The notes below the pieces were generated by a model. It made no database searches. It saw nothing but the letters and a program-made list of their open reading frames with translations, and was not told where the DNA came from. Source: Solirubrobacterales bacterium (lineage in GTDB: Bacteria; Actinomycetota; Thermoleophilia; Solirubrobacterales; 70-9). Taken from it: 64,000 bases of DNA. This document shows, one piece after another, positions 52,322 through 64,000 of the stretch (position 1 is its first letter; each line of letters begins with the position of its first letter). Made by a program: the position numbers and the translations under genes. The DNA is taken from assembly GCA_036269775.1 (NCBI GenBank), contig DATBDU010000035.1:41961-105960 (forward strand), in the 5' to 3' direction.

Positions 52322-53245
52322 ATGCGGATCGGGGCTGAGACTTCCGCGGTTGTCGGCGGCACGCCGCTGGTGCTGCTCGACCGGCTCGCCGACGGATTGG
52401 CCGGACAGGTCTGCGCCAAGCTCGAGTACTTCAATCCCGGCGGTTCGGTCAAGGACCGGATCGGGGTGGCGATGATCGACGCGGCCGAGGAGACGGGACT
52501 GGTCAAACCGGGCCGCTCGGTGGTGGTCGAGCCGACCAGCGGCAACACCGGGATCGCCCTGGCGATGGTCTGCGCCGCCCGTGGCTACGAGCTGATCCTG
52601 ACCCTGCCGGAGGGGATGAGCCGGGAGCGGGCGAAGCTGCTGCGCGCCTATGGGGCCGAGGTGCGGGAGACGCCCTCGCTGGGCGGGATGAACGAGGCGG
52701 TTGCTCTGGCCGAAGAGATCCGCGAGCAGCGCAAAGCCTTCATGCCGATGCAGTTTTCCAACCCCGCCAACGCCGAGGCCCACCGCCGCACCACGGCGGA
52801 GGAGATTTGGAATGACACCGACGGGCAGATCGGCGCCTTCGTCGCCGGGGTCGGCACCGGCGGGACGATCACCGGGGTCGGTCGGATGCTGAGGGAGCGG
52901 GCGCCCGAGGCGCTGGTCGTCGCGGTCGAGCCGGCCAGCTCGCCGGTCCTCTCCGGCGGCGCCCCCGGCCCGCACAAGATCCAGGGAATCGGCGCCGGCT
53001 TCGTGCCGGAGGTGCTGGACCGCTCGGTGATCGACGAGATCCTCTCCGTGACCGACGAGGACGCGCTGGAGACGGCGCGGCTGGTCGCCCGGGAGGAGGG
53101 GGTCCTGGCCGGGATCTCGGCCGGCGCCAACATCAGCGCCGCGCTGGAGATCGCGGCGCGGCCGGCGATGGCCGGCAAGCGGGTGGTGACGGTCGTCTGC
53201 GATTCGGGCGAGCGCTACATGTCCCTACCCTTCTTCTCACCATGA
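52322..53245 (+). CDS. cysK: Cysteine synthase A (O-acetylserine sulfhydrylase)
   Basis: [16 protein letters not shown] (PLP Lys), [12 protein letters not shown] and [10 protein letters not shown]. Confidence 0.92.
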   Translation: MRIGAETSAVVGGTPLVLLDRLADGLAGQVCAKLEYFNPGGSVKDRIGVAMIDAAEETGLVKPGRSVVVEPTSGNTGIALAMVCAARGYELILTLPEGMSRERAKLLRAYGAEVRETPSLGGMNEAVALAEEIREQRKAFMPMQFSNPANAEAHRRTTAEEIWNDTDGQIGAFVAGVGTGGTITGVGRMLRERAPEALVVAVEPASSPVLSGGAPGPHKIQGIGAGFVPEVLDRSVIDEILSVTDEDALETARLVAREEGVLAGISAGANISAALEIAARPAMAGKRVVTVVCDSGERYMSLPFFSP

Positions 53246-53970
53246 GCAGGTGGAAGAGGGTGGTCTCCGAGGTGCGCGCGGACGTCTCGGCGGCGCGCGA
53301 CCGCGACCCCGCCGCCCAGGGCGTCTCCAGCTTCGAGATCCTCAGCAGCTGGGCCGGCGTGCAGGCACTGTTGGCGCACCGGGCCGCGCACGCGCTGATG
53401 GAGGCGGGCGTGCCGGTCCTGCCCCGCGCGATCGCCTACATGACTCGCGCCGTGACCGGGGTCGAGATTCATCCCGCCGCCGTGATCGGCAGGGAGTTTT
53501 TTATCGACCACGGTGCTGGTGTAGTGATCGGCGAGACGGCGGTGATCGGCGACCGGGTGACGCTCTACCAGGGGGTGACGCTGGGTGGCACCGGCTTCCA
53601 GCGCGGCAAGCGCCACCCGACACTCGGGGACAACGTCACCGTTGGCTCCGGCGCCAAGCTGCTGGGACCGATCGACGTCGGCGACGGCGCCAAGGTGGGC
53701 GCCAACACGGTCGTGGTCGAGGACGTGCCGCCGGGAGCGACCGTGGTCGGCAATCCCGGCCACCCGGTTCGGGTCGAGGGCAAGCGGGTCGAGGGCCCGG
53801 ATGCCGACTGGATCCACCTGCCCGACCCGATCGCGGAGGCCCTGAAGGCGCTCTCGGAGCGGCTGGCTGACCTCGAGCGCCGCATCTCCGACCTCGACGG
53901 CGGCAACGGCCCGGGCACGGATCGGGCGGACATCCGCCCTCGCACCGGCCGCTCCTCGGCCGGCGGCTAA
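53242..53970 (+). CDS. cysE: Serine O-acetyltransferase
   Basis: RDPAA...HRAAHAL...[44 protein letters not shown], followed by hexapeptide repeats and a C-terminal extension. The ATG overlaps the cysK stop. Confidence 0.9.
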   Translation: MSRWKRVVSEVRADVSAARDRDPAAQGVSSFEILSSWAGVQALLAHRAAHALMEAGVPVLPRAIAYMTRAVTGVEIHPAAVIGREFFIDHGAGVVIGETAVIGDRVTLYQGVTLGGTGFQRGKRHPTLGDNVTVGSGAKLLGPIDVGDGAKVGANTVVVEDVPPGATVVGNPGHPVRVEGKRVEGPDADWIHLPDPIAEALKALSERLADLERRISDLDGGNGPGTDRADIRPRTGRSSAGG

Positions 53971-53998
53971 GTTCGCGCGGTCTTTCCGCACGAATAGC

Positions 53999-56326
<2,328 letters not shown>

Positions 56327-56330
56327 GCCG

Positions 56331-57194
56331 GTGGCGGCGCGGACGATCGACGGCAAGGCGGTCGCGGTCGCGGTGCGCGAGCGCGTGCGCGGCGAAGTCG
56401 CGGCCTACGAGGCCGAGGCGGGCCGCGTGCCGACCCTGGCCACGGTGATCGTCGGCGACGATCCGGCCTCGGAGATCTACGTCCGCAACAAGCACCGCGC
56501 CTGCGCGGAGGTGGGGATGGGGTCGGTCCACCACGGGCTCGCCGGCTCGACCAGCGAGGGCGAGCTGCTCGAGCTGGTCGCCAGCCTCGGGCGTGATGAC
56601 GAGGTCGACGGCATCCTCGTGCAGCTGCCGGTCCCGGATCAGATCGACCCCGACGCGCTGGTCGCCGCGATCGATCCGGGCAAGGACGTCGACGGGCTGA
56701 CGCCGCTCAACGCCGGCCTGCTCGCCCACGGCACGCCGCGCCTGGTCCCCTGCACGCCGGCGGGGGTGATGGAGCTGCTGCGCCACGAGGGCGTCGAGTT
56801 GGAGGGGGTGGAGGCGGTGGTCGTTGGCCGCTCGAAGCTGGTCGGGGTGCCGGTCGCGCGCCTGCTGCTCGCCGCCAACGCGACCGTCACCGTCTGTCAC
56901 TCGCGCACCCGCGATCTCGCTGGGACCTGCGCCCGCGCCGACGTCCTCGTCGCCGCGGTCGGGGTGCCGGAGCTGCTCGGCGCCGATGCCATCAAGCCCG
57001 GCGCCGTGGTGATTGACGTCGGCATGAATCGCACCGAGGACGGCCTCCGCGGTGACGTCGATTTTGACGCGGCCGCCGAGGTGGCGGCGGCGATCACGCC
57101 GGTCCCGGGTGGGGTGGGGCCGATGACGATCGCGATGCTGCTGGTAAACACGTTGCAGGCGGCGCGTGCACGCACGTTGTCCGGCCTGGCCTAG
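56331..57194 (+). CDS. folD: Bifunctional methylenetetrahydrofolate dehydrogenase / methenyl-THF cyclohydrolase
   Basis: DGKAVA..., ASEIYVRNKHRAC, GILVQLPVP, VVGRSKLVGVP and PVPGGVGPMTIAML. Confidence 0.92.
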   Translation: MAARTIDGKAVAVAVRERVRGEVAAYEAEAGRVPTLATVIVGDDPASEIYVRNKHRACAEVGMGSVHHGLAGSTSEGELLELVASLGRDDEVDGILVQLPVPDQIDPDALVAAIDPGKDVDGLTPLNAGLLAHGTPRLVPCTPAGVMELLRHEGVELEGVEAVVVGRSKLVGVPVARLLLAANATVTVCHSRTRDLAGTCARADVLVAAVGVPELLGADAIKPGAVVIDVGMNRTEDGLRGDVDFDAAAEVAAAITPVPGGVGPMTIAMLLVNTLQAARARTLSGLA

Positions 57195-57280
57195 GAGGGT
57201 CGGCCAACTCCCTCTCGAATAGGGCCTGAGGGGATATAGGGTCGGATCCACCGGCCAAAGCCTCGACGGAGGGATATGCG

Positions 57281-57841
57281 ATGAACGTAGACAAGCTCAA
57301 CACCGGAGAGAAGATCGCCGGGGTTTCGGCCGTCCTGCTCTTCATAGTCATGTTCTTCGATTGGTTCGGGGTGGAAGTCTCCGGCTCCAACGGCTTCTCC
57401 GGGACGGTGCCGGGTGCCGGTGGCAGCGCCTGGGACGCACTCGAATTCATCCCGATCGTCCTTGTAATCACGATCGTCGTCGCCCTCGTCAACGTCTTCC
57501 TGCGCCTTAGCGACTCCGACTACGAGCCGCCGGTGTCGATGAACGTCGTCGTGGCGGTGCTCGGCGGCCTCTCGACGCTGCTGGTCCTGTTCCGGATCAT
57601 CGACCCGCCGGGCTTTGGAACCTTCGGCGGCGTCTCGATCGACGCCACCCTCGAATTCGGCATCTTCCTCGGCCTGATCACGGCCGCTGGCATTGCTTAC
57701 GGCGGCTACCGCGGCATGCAGGAAGAGGGCTCGACCTTCAGCGGCACCGCGGACAAGCTCTCCAGTAGTGGCCCGAGCGACCCACCCCCGCCACCTCCTT
57801 CCTCGACCCCGCCACCGCCACCGCCGCCCCCGACTCAGTAG
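57281..57841 (+). CDS. Membrane protein with a Pro-rich C-terminus
   Basis: 186 aa with four hydrophobic helices and the tail SDPPPPPPSSTPPPPPPPPTQ. It overlaps the convergent GMC gene by 7 nt. Confidence 0.6.
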   Translation: MNVDKLNTGEKIAGVSAVLLFIVMFFDWFGVEVSGSNGFSGTVPGAGGSAWDALEFIPIVLVITIVVALVNVFLRLSDSDYEPPVSMNVVVAVLGGLSTLLVLFRIIDPPGFGTFGGVSIDATLEFGIFLGLITAAGIAYGGYRGMQEEGSTFSGTADKLSSSGPSDPPPPPPSSTPPPPPPPPTQ

Positions 57842-59670
57842 TCGGCCACTCCTCGCGCGATCTGCTTCGCGAAAGCAATCACGGTCATCATCGGGTTGAC
57901 GCCGACCGACGTGGGGAAGAGGGAGGCATCGGCGACGTAGAGGTCGTCGGTGCCGTGGACTGAGCCGTCGACGGCGCAGGCGCCGGTGCGTTCGTCTGCC
58001 GCGATGCGGGCGGTCCCCATCGGGTGAAAGGCCTCCAGGCGCAGCTCGGAGGGCTTGAAGGTGGTGGCCTCGAAGGCGACGAGGTCGGCGGGCTTGAGCA
58101 CGCCGACGCGGGCGATGTTGGGGTAGACCTCGGTCGCGCCGGCGGCGAAGTGGACCTCGGCGGCGCGGGCGATCCCGAAGGCGAGGCGGTTCGCGTCGTC
58201 CTTGGTCAGCTTGTAGCTGGCGCGCAGCGAGCCCTCGGCGCCGAGCCCGACCCGGCCGGAGGAGCGGTCACAGAGGTGGACGCCGATTGAGCCGACGTGG
58301 CCGAAGTCGAGCATTGCCCGCTGGTGGGACTCGCCGGCGCCGAGCAGCCAGGCGCCGCCGAAGGCAAGCGGGGTGAAGGTCGCCTCCAGCAGGATCCCGG
58401 TTGGCTCCCACTCGTCGACGTAGTAGCTCTGCATGACGCCGTCCCAGCCGCGCACCTCCTCGCCGTAGCGGGCGCCGACCCAGCAGGCTGGGTGGATGTG
58501 GAAGTTGCGGCCGACCTGGCGGCCGCCGAGCCCGGAGCGCAGCAGCAGCTCCGGCGTGCCGAAGGCGCCGCCGGCGGCGATCACGGCGCGGCGGGCGCGG
58601 ACCGTGAAGGGGCGGCGCTTGGCGCCGCCGCCGGCCCGGGTCGAGCCGCTGACGCCGACCGCGCGTCCGTCCTCGACCAGGATCCGGTCCACCTCGACGC
58701 CGGCGCGGATCCGCGCCCCGGCGGCGACGGCGCGAGGCAGGTAGCTGACGTGCATGCCGCGCTTGGCGTCGATCTCGCAGCCGAAGGGGCAAGAGCTGCA
58801 CTGGGTGCAGTTGCCGGCGTTGCGGTGGATCGCGGCGCCGCTGGCGCCGATCGCGGCGGCTCCCTCCATCGCCAGTTGGCCGTTGCGGCCCATCCGCTCG
58901 GGATCGAGCTGGGTGACCCGGAGGAAATCCTCAGCCTCGGCGTAGTCGGCCTCCATCTCGCCCGCCCAGGGGATGCCAAAGCGCCGCTGCCAGTCGTCGA
59001 GCACCGTCTCCGGGGCGCGGAAGCAGGTGCCCGAGTTGATCACCGTGGTGCCGCCGACGACTTTGGCGACCGGGACGGGGATCGGCGGCCGGCCTTCGGC
59101 GATGGTCAGGCCGCCGTCGCGGTAGAGCTCGGCGATCGCCTCGAGGTGGTCGCTTGGGTAGTTGTCGCGGTTGTAGTGCTGGCCGGCCTCGAGCACGATC
59201 ACGTCCAGCCCCGCCTCGGCCAGCGTCGCCGCCGCGACGGCGCCGCCGGCGCCGGAGCCGACGATGACGACGTCGCATTCCTCGCCCTCGCCGGGCGGCT
59301 CGGTGTCGCCAAGCGTGCCGGCCGGCTCCGGCAGCGTTCCGTCGGCGAGTTCGCAGCGGATCTCGAAGCCGATCCGCTCCTGCACCTCGGGGGTCACGGC
59401 GTAGCCGAGCGTCGAGAAGAGCTTGGCCATCAGCAGCAGGTCGTGGTGGAGGGAGAGCTTCGAGCCCTCCAGCTTGGCGAGGAAATCCTCCTGCGCCGCC
59501 GGGTCGAGGCGGCTGAAGCGCCATGGGAACGGCAGCCACTCGAAGGCGCGCAGGCCGAGTCTGAGGCGGATCAGAACCCGCGGCGAGACGGAGCCGAGGA
59601 AGTTCGCCACCGGCCCGGAGACGTCGACGTCGCGCTCGGCCACCGGCAGGCCGTCGATGCCCGGCGCCAT
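57835..59670 (-). CDS. GMC-family FAD-dependent oxidoreductase
   Basis: FAD motif DVVIVGSGAGGAVAAATLAEAG, and the C-terminal HPMGTARI...DASLFPTSVGVNP is typical of the GMC family. Confidence 0.85.
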   Translation of the reverse strand: MAPGIDGLPVAERDVDVSGPVANFLGSVSPRVLIRLRLGLRAFEWLPFPWRFSRLDPAAQEDFLAKLEGSKLSLHHDLLLMAKLFSTLGYAVTPEVQERIGFEIRCELADGTLPEPAGTLGDTEPPGEGEECDVVIVGSGAGGAVAAATLAEAGLDVIVLEAGQHYNRDNYPSDHLEAIAELYRDGGLTIAEGRPPIPVPVAKVVGGTTVINSGTCFRAPETVLDDWQRRFGIPWAGEMEADYAEAEDFLRVTQLDPERMGRNGQLAMEGAAAIGASGAAIHRNAGNCTQCSSCPFGCEIDAKRGMHVSYLPRAVAAGARIRAGVEVDRILVEDGRAVGVSGSTRAGGGAKRRPFTVRARRAVIAAGGAFGTPELLLRSGLGGRQVGRNFHIHPACWVGARYGEEVRGWDGVMQSYYVDEWEPTGILLEATFTPLAFGGAWLLGAGESHQRAMLDFGHVGSIGVHLCDRSSGRVGLGAEGSLRASYKLTKDDANRLAFGIARAAEVHFAAGATEVYPNIARVGVLKPADLVAFEATTFKPSELRLEAFHPMGTARIAADERTGACAVDGSVHGTDDLYVADASLFPTSVGVNPMMTVIAFAKQIARGVADY

Positions 59671-59730
59671 CGCCGCGCAGATCGCGCTGAGGGTGCGTTG
59701 CTCAGTGGCTGAAAGCCCCGGCGCCCGCTG

Positions 59731-60174
59731 TCAACCGGGGTCGACGGGCCGCCCGATGCGGCCGGCCAGTGCCCAGAGCCAGAGCGAAAACAGGGCCAGG
59801 AAGCCGTCGACGAGGAAGTTGAGCAGGTAAATGAAAACGTGCTCGTCGATCAGGTAGAAGGCCAGCGAGCCAAGCGAGGAGGCGGTCTTGCCGGCGACCA
59901 GAACGAGCAGCAACGGCCGGTAGCGGACGAGGTCGGCCTGGGCGACCAGGCAGATGCCGGTGATGACGACCATGTAGGCGAAGGCCAGCGCCAGCCAGAG
60001 GTCCTCCTGGGTGTGCGGGGCGCGGGGGAAGCTGCCGATCCAGTTGTCGAGGTCGGAGATGACGTCGAGAACCCCGCTGGGGACGGCGATGAAGAGGAGG
60101 CCGACGACCGCGAAGGTGAGGGCGAGCAGGCGCAGGTTGAGGACGACGAAACGCTCTGCGGCGGGCCCCTGCAT
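59731..60174 (-). CDS. Small integral membrane protein
   Basis: 147 aa with four hydrophobic helices, on the same strand and immediately upstream of the GMC oxidoreductase gene. Confidence 0.55.
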   Translation of the reverse strand: MQGPAAERFVVLNLRLLALTFAVVGLLFIAVPSGVLDVISDLDNWIGSFPRAPHTQEDLWLALAFAYMVVITGICLVAQADLVRYRPLLLVLVAGKTASSLGSLAFYLIDEHVFIYLLNFLVDGFLALFSLWLWALAGRIGRPVDPG

Positions 60175-60229
60175 CGCCGGGACAATAACTGGCTGGGCAG
60201 CCAGTTGCCCGCCGCCTAGAATCCTGCCG

Positions 60230-60520
60230 GTGATCGACCGGGAGCAGGTACTTCATGTGGCGCGACTCGCCCGCCTCAGGCTCTCCGAGGAGGAAGTGGA
60301 GACGATGACCGGGGAGCTGTCTGGGATCCTCGAGCACGTCGATCGGATCGGCAAGCTGGACCTCGAGGGGGTCGAGCCGACTTCGCACGTGGTCGCGCTG
60401 GAGAACGTCCTGCGGCCGGATCGGCCGCGGCCCAGCCTGGCGCCCGAGGTCGCGCTGGAACAGGCCCCGGAACCAGTGGATGGCGCCTTCAGGGTGCCGT
60501 CGCCGCAGGCTGACGCTTGA
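60230..60520 (+). CDS. gatC: Asp/Glu-tRNA amidotransferase subunit C
   Basis: (V)IDREQVLHVARLARLRLSEEEVETMTGELSGILEHVDRI. GTG 60230. The stop overlaps the gatA start. Confidence 0.88.
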   Translation: MIDREQVLHVARLARLRLSEEEVETMTGELSGILEHVDRIGKLDLEGVEPTSHVVALENVLRPDRPRPSLAPEVALEQAPEPVDGAFRVPSPQADA

Positions 60521-61962
60521 TGGCCGACCTACTCGACCTGACCGTCGCCGAGGCGGCGGCGAAGATCGCATCCGGGGAGATCTCGGCCGACGAGTACTTC
60601 CACGCCTGGCGCGGAGCGGCGGCCGGCGACGAGCTGAACGCCTACCTCTGGCAGGTCGAGGACCCCTCCAACTACGCGGTCGAGGACGGCCCCCTCGGCG
60701 GCATCCCGGTCGCGGTTAAGGACATCTTCTGCACCGAGGGCTCGCCGACCACGGCCGGCTCGCGGATCCTCGAGGGCTATTGGCCGCCCTACACGGCCAC
60801 CGCCGTCCGCCAGCTCGACGCGGCCGGCGCCCGGGTGCTCGGCAAGACCAACATGGACGAGTTCGCGATGGGCTCCTCGAACGAGAACTCGGCCTACGGG
60901 CCGGTGTTGAACCCGTGGGATCGCGGCCGCGTGCCGGGTGGCTCCTCCGGCGGCTCGGCCGCCGCGGTCGCCGGCGGCTTGGCGCCCTGTGCGATCGGCA
61001 CCGACACCGGCGGCTCGATCCGCCAGCCCGCCTCGCTTTGCGGGATCGTCGGCTTCAAGCCCACCTATGGGGCGATCTCGCGCTACGGGATGATCGCCTT
61101 CGCCTCCTCGCTCGACCAGTGCGGACCGCTGACCCGGGACGTCACCGATGCGGCGCTGATGCTGGCGGCGCTCGAGGGCCGCGACCCCTGCGACTCGACC
61201 TCGGTCGGGATCGAGGGCGGGATCGTCGCTCCCAGCCGTGAAGACCTCAGAGGCCTGCGCTTCGGCGTGCCCAGCGAGCTGGCCCGCGACAGCTTCGACC
61301 CCGGCGTGCGCGAGGTCTTCGAGGCGACGCTGGCGCGGATCGAGAGCCTCGGCGGCGAGATCGCAGAGGTATCCCTGCCCAGCGCCGAGCATGGGATCTC
61401 CGCCTATTACGTGCTGGCGCCGGCCGAGGCGTCCTCGAACCTGGCCCGCTACGACGGCGTTCGATACGGGCTGCGCTCGGATAGCGCCGACGACCTCCTG
61501 GAGATGTACGAGACGACGCGGGCGCAGGGGTTCGGCACGGAGGTCAAGCGGCGGATCATGCTCGGTACCTACGCGCTCTCCTCTGGCTACTACGAGGCCT
61601 ACTACGGCCAGGCGCAGAAAGTCCGCACGCGGATCGCCGAGGACTTCTCCAACGCTTTCGCGAAGATCGACTTCGTGGTCACGCCGACCTCGCCCTCGGT
61701 TGCCTTCGGGCTTGGCGAGAAGACCGACGACCCGCTCTCGATGTACCTCAACGACTTCTTCACGGTGCCGATGAGCCTGGCCGGCATCCCGGCGATCTCG
61801 ATCCCGACCGGGCTGGCTGAGCCCGAGGGCGGCGGCCCGCGGCTGCCGGTCGGCTTCCAGATCGCCGCCCCGGCCTTCGCCGAGCAGAAGCTGCTGGAGG
61901 CGGCGTACGCGCTCGAGCAGGCGATCGGCTTCGAGGCACGCCCTGGAGGCGGGGATGGCTGA
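60517..61962 (+). CDS. gatA: Asp/Glu-tRNA amidotransferase subunit A
   Basis: Amidase signature GGSSGGSAAAVA and DTGGSIRQPA. Confidence 0.93.
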   Translation: MMADLLDLTVAEAAAKIASGEISADEYFHAWRGAAAGDELNAYLWQVEDPSNYAVEDGPLGGIPVAVKDIFCTEGSPTTAGSRILEGYWPPYTATAVRQLDAAGARVLGKTNMDEFAMGSSNENSAYGPVLNPWDRGRVPGGSSGGSAAAVAGGLAPCAIGTDTGGSIRQPASLCGIVGFKPTYGAISRYGMIAFASSLDQCGPLTRDVTDAALMLAALEGRDPCDSTSVGIEGGIVAPSREDLRGLRFGVPSELARDSFDPGVREVFEATLARIESLGGEIAEVSLPSAEHGISAYYVLAPAEASSNLARYDGVRYGLRSDSADDLLEMYETTRAQGFGTEVKRRIMLGTYALSSGYYEAYYGQAQKVRTRIAEDFSNAFAKIDFVVTPTSPSVAFGLGEKTDDPLSMYLNDFFTVPMSLAGIPAISIPTGLAEPEGGGPRLPVGFQIAAPAFAEQKLLEAAYALEQAIGFEARPGGGDG

Positions 61963-63421
61963 GCTGGAGGCGGTGATCGGGCTGGAGATCCACGTCCAGC
62001 TGGCGACCAAGACGAAGATGTTCTGCGGCTGCGAACTGTCCTTCGGCGACGAGCCCAACGTGCACACCTGCCCGATCTGCCTGGCCCACCCGGGCGTGCT
62101 GCCGGTGCCCAACGAACAGGCGATCCTCTACGCGCTGCAGATCGCCGCGGCGCTCGAGTGCGAGGTGGCGCCGCGCTCGATCTTCCATCGCAAGAACTAC
62201 TTCTATCCGGACAGTCCGAAGGCGTACCAGATCAGCCAGTTCGACATTCCGCTGGCCAGCGACGGGCGCCTCGGCGACATCCGCATCCATCGCGCCCATC
62301 TCGAGGAGGACGCGGCGAAGATGATCCACGTCGGCGAGTCGGGCCGTATCCACGGCTCCGGCGCCTCGCTGGTCGACTTCAACCGCGGCGGTACGCCGCT
62401 GGTCGAGATCGTCACCGAGCCCGACCTGCGCGGCGCCGCCGAAGCGGCCGAGTGGGCGCGGCTGCTGCGTGAGACGGTGCGCCAGCTCGGCGTCTCCGAC
62501 GTCAACATGGAGGAGGGGAGCCTGCGCGTCGACGCCAATGTTTCGGTGCGCCCGGCGGGCTCCGAGCAACTTGGCACCAAGACCGAGCTGAAGAACATGA
62601 ACAGCTTCCGCTTCCTCCAGCGCGGCGTCGAAGCCGAGCTGGAGCGCCAGCGCGAGCTGATCGGCGCGGGGGGGACGGTGACCCAGGAGACCCTCCACTT
62701 CGACCCGGTCAGCGGCAGCCTCACCTCGCTGCGCTCGAAGGAGGAATCACACGACTACCGCTACTTCCCCGAGCCCGACCTGGTGCCGCTGGCGCCGACC
62801 GAGCGGATGCTGCGCGAAGCGCGGCAGGCGCTGCCGGAGCTGCCGGCGGCGCGGATGCTCCGCTACGAAGACGAGCTGGGCCTGGAAGCGGAGCCGGCCG
62901 CTCTGCTCGCCCGCGAACCCGAGCTGGCGGCGTACTTCGAGGCGGTCTGCGCGGCGGCCGGGGCGGCGAAGCAGGCGGGGGAGGGCGGGGTCGAGCCGCG
63001 TGTCGTCGCCAACTGGATCACCGGGGACCTGACGGCGCTGCTGCGCCAGCGGGGCGAGGTCGAGGAGGACTTCGCCGACCCGACGATCCCGGTCCAGAGC
63101 CTCGCCAGCCTGGTGGAGATGGTCGCCGCGCACAAGATCTCCCACGGCAGCGGCAGGACCGTGCTGGCGACGCTGGTCGTCGAAGGCGGCGACCCGGCGG
63201 CGATCGTCGAGCGCGAGGGCCTCGCCCAGATCTCCGACAGCGGCGAATTGGAGTCGATCGTCGCCGCCGCGGTCGAGGCCAACCCCGAGGCCGCCGAGCA
63301 GATCCGCGGCGGCAACCCCAAGGCGATCGGCGCGATCGTCGGCACCGTTATGCGCGAAACCAAGGGCCGCGCCGACGGCGGCGAGGTTAACCGTCTGATT
63401 CGGGAGAAGCTGGGCCTCTAG
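61955..63421 (+). CDS. gatB: Asp/Glu-tRNA amidotransferase subunit B
   Basis: IGLEIHVQL...KMFCGC...CPICLAHPGVLP...NYFYPD and the C-terminal YqeY-like domain. Confidence 0.93.
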   Translation: MAELEAVIGLEIHVQLATKTKMFCGCELSFGDEPNVHTCPICLAHPGVLPVPNEQAILYALQIAAALECEVAPRSIFHRKNYFYPDSPKAYQISQFDIPLASDGRLGDIRIHRAHLEEDAAKMIHVGESGRIHGSGASLVDFNRGGTPLVEIVTEPDLRGAAEAAEWARLLRETVRQLGVSDVNMEEGSLRVDANVSVRPAGSEQLGTKTELKNMNSFRFLQRGVEAELERQRELIGAGGTVTQETLHFDPVSGSLTSLRSKEESHDYRYFPEPDLVPLAPTERMLREARQALPELPAARMLRYEDELGLEAEPAALLAREPELAAYFEAVCAAAGAAKQAGEGGVEPRVVANWITGDLTALLRQRGEVEEDFADPTIPVQSLASLVEMVAAHKISHGSGRTVLATLVVEGGDPAAIVEREGLAQISDSGELESIVAAAVEANPEAAEQIRGGNPKAIGAIVGTVMRETKGRADGGEVNRLIREKLGL

Positions 63422-63570
63422 CGAGCAAGGGGGCGAGATGTGGGCGCCTCGGCCTTGGTTTGACGTGCGATCCACAGAAGCGGTGGTCCTGCTGGCCTAC
63501 GCGGGGGTGATGCGCGCGTTGATAGCGCTCGCATCGAAGCTCGCGGATCGCCGATAGGAACACGCCGCAA

Positions 63571-63605
63571 TAAAAACCGCCCCGGGTAGCTAACACCCGG
63601 GGCGG
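63571..63605 (-). terminator. Rho-independent terminator oriented for minus-strand transcription
   Basis: The minus strand reads CCGCCCCGGGT gttagct ACCCGGGGCGG followed by TTTTTA. The plus strand has no T-tract after the stem. Confidence 0.65.
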
Positions 63606-63690
63606 TCTGTGGTCACCACAGAATGACCGCAACTTTAGCGCTGCATTGGCCGAAGCGCATTGCGATGGCCAAATAGAGGCATTCGACACT

Positions 63691-63709
63691 TTGTAACAAC
63701 GTGTTACAA
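63691..63709. promoter_or_regulatory. Perfect 8-3-8 palindrome TTGTAACA-ACG-TGTTACAA immediately upstream of ndh
   Basis: Read directly from the sequence. It ends 8 nt before ATG 63717 (20 nt before ATG 63729) and sits in an AT-rich patch. Confidence 0.55.
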
Positions 63710-63716
63710 GGTTGCT

Positions 63717-64000
63717 ATGGTCAAATGTATGGCCTGGAACGTCGTCATCGCCGGGGGTGGATTTGGAGGGGCGGCGGCTGCGCGGGAGCTGGAGAAGGCG
63801 ATGCCGCGGCAGTCGGCCCGATTGGTGCTGGTCAACGAGACCAACTTCATGCTCTACACGCCGTTCCTGCCGGAGGCGGCTGCCGGGACCCTGGAGCCGC
63901 GGCACGTGGTGACGCCGCTGCGGGACATCCTCAAGCGCACCTACCTGCGGCTCGGCTCGATCGTTGGCCACGACCCGGCGGCGAAGACCGTCGAGTTGCG
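63717..64000 (+). CDS. ndh: Type II NADH dehydrogenase (NDH-2), 5' part; continues beyond the window
   Basis: MVKCMAWNVVIAGGGFGGAAAARELEK...LVLVNETNFMLYTPFLPEAAAGTLEPRHV. It is absent from the track because no stop lies inside the window. The start may be ATG 63729. Confidence 0.85.
   Translation, partial: MVKCMAWNVVIAGGGFGGAAAARELEKAMPRQSARLVLVNETNFMLYTPFLPEAAAGTLEPRHVVTPLRDILKRTYLRLGSIVGHDPAAKTVEL

Noticed and set aside
52303-52330. Possible third, degenerate att-like copy (GTACTTCACCTGATGCGGATCGGG) at the cysK start, which would make the cupin and MBL genes a second tandem insertion
   Set aside because: Only an 8-mer (GTACTTCA) plus scattered bases match the 18-bp repeat. Matches of that length are expected by chance in 64 kb, and no arm repeats lie nearby.
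63387-63971. 194-aa minus-strand ORF across the gatB-ndh spacer
   Set aside because: It runs antisense through the ndh 5' region and across the terminator and palindromes. The ndh frame on the plus strand has a textbook NDH-2 N-terminus.

Overview
This is a high-GC chromosomal segment (a typical line counts about 70-78% G+C by hand) that looks actinobacterial, possibly from a deep-branching class; no taxon can be assigned from sequence alone. Most of it is housekeeping: zwf, thrS, infC, rpmI-rplT, pheST, argCJBD..argG, dnaE, nfo, gltX, cysKE, pcrA, folD, gatCAB, the start of ndh, and tRNA-Cys and tRNA-Val. Four accessory or unexplained layers stand out. (1) A 7.7-kb integrative element sits in tRNA-Cys, bounded by a perfect 45-bp direct repeat. 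It carries a Doc toxin, small regulators, an iteron-like non-coding region, a replication-relaxation protein, Xis and a tyrosine integrase. Two reverse-strand cargo genes lie between int and attR: a DUF4238-like protein and an unrecognisable 293-aa protein. These cargo genes are my best candidate for an undescribed, defence-like function. (2) A 0.7-kb integrase-less miniature relative of that element carries only hicAB. It is inserted in the 3' end of an Rrf2 regulator gene with an 18-bp direct repeat, and shares a 20-bp identical motif and tandem ACTGGCSCA arm repeats with element 1. (3) Three copies of a nested-palindromic intergenic repeat of about 115 bp have conserved inner modules and copy-specific, perfectly complementary outer stems. 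(4) A 1.65-kb low-GC tract covers argC and its leader inside an otherwise native arg cluster that lacks argF/argR/argH. Smaller oddities include an infC/rpmI operon split by an antisense gene, CATG-overlapping divergent start codons, an HDOD-LuxR fusion, operator-like palindromes and an orphan terminator. Many long ORFs in the supplied track are GC-driven antisense shadows and are rejected. All family assignments rest on motif recognition by eye; no searches were run.
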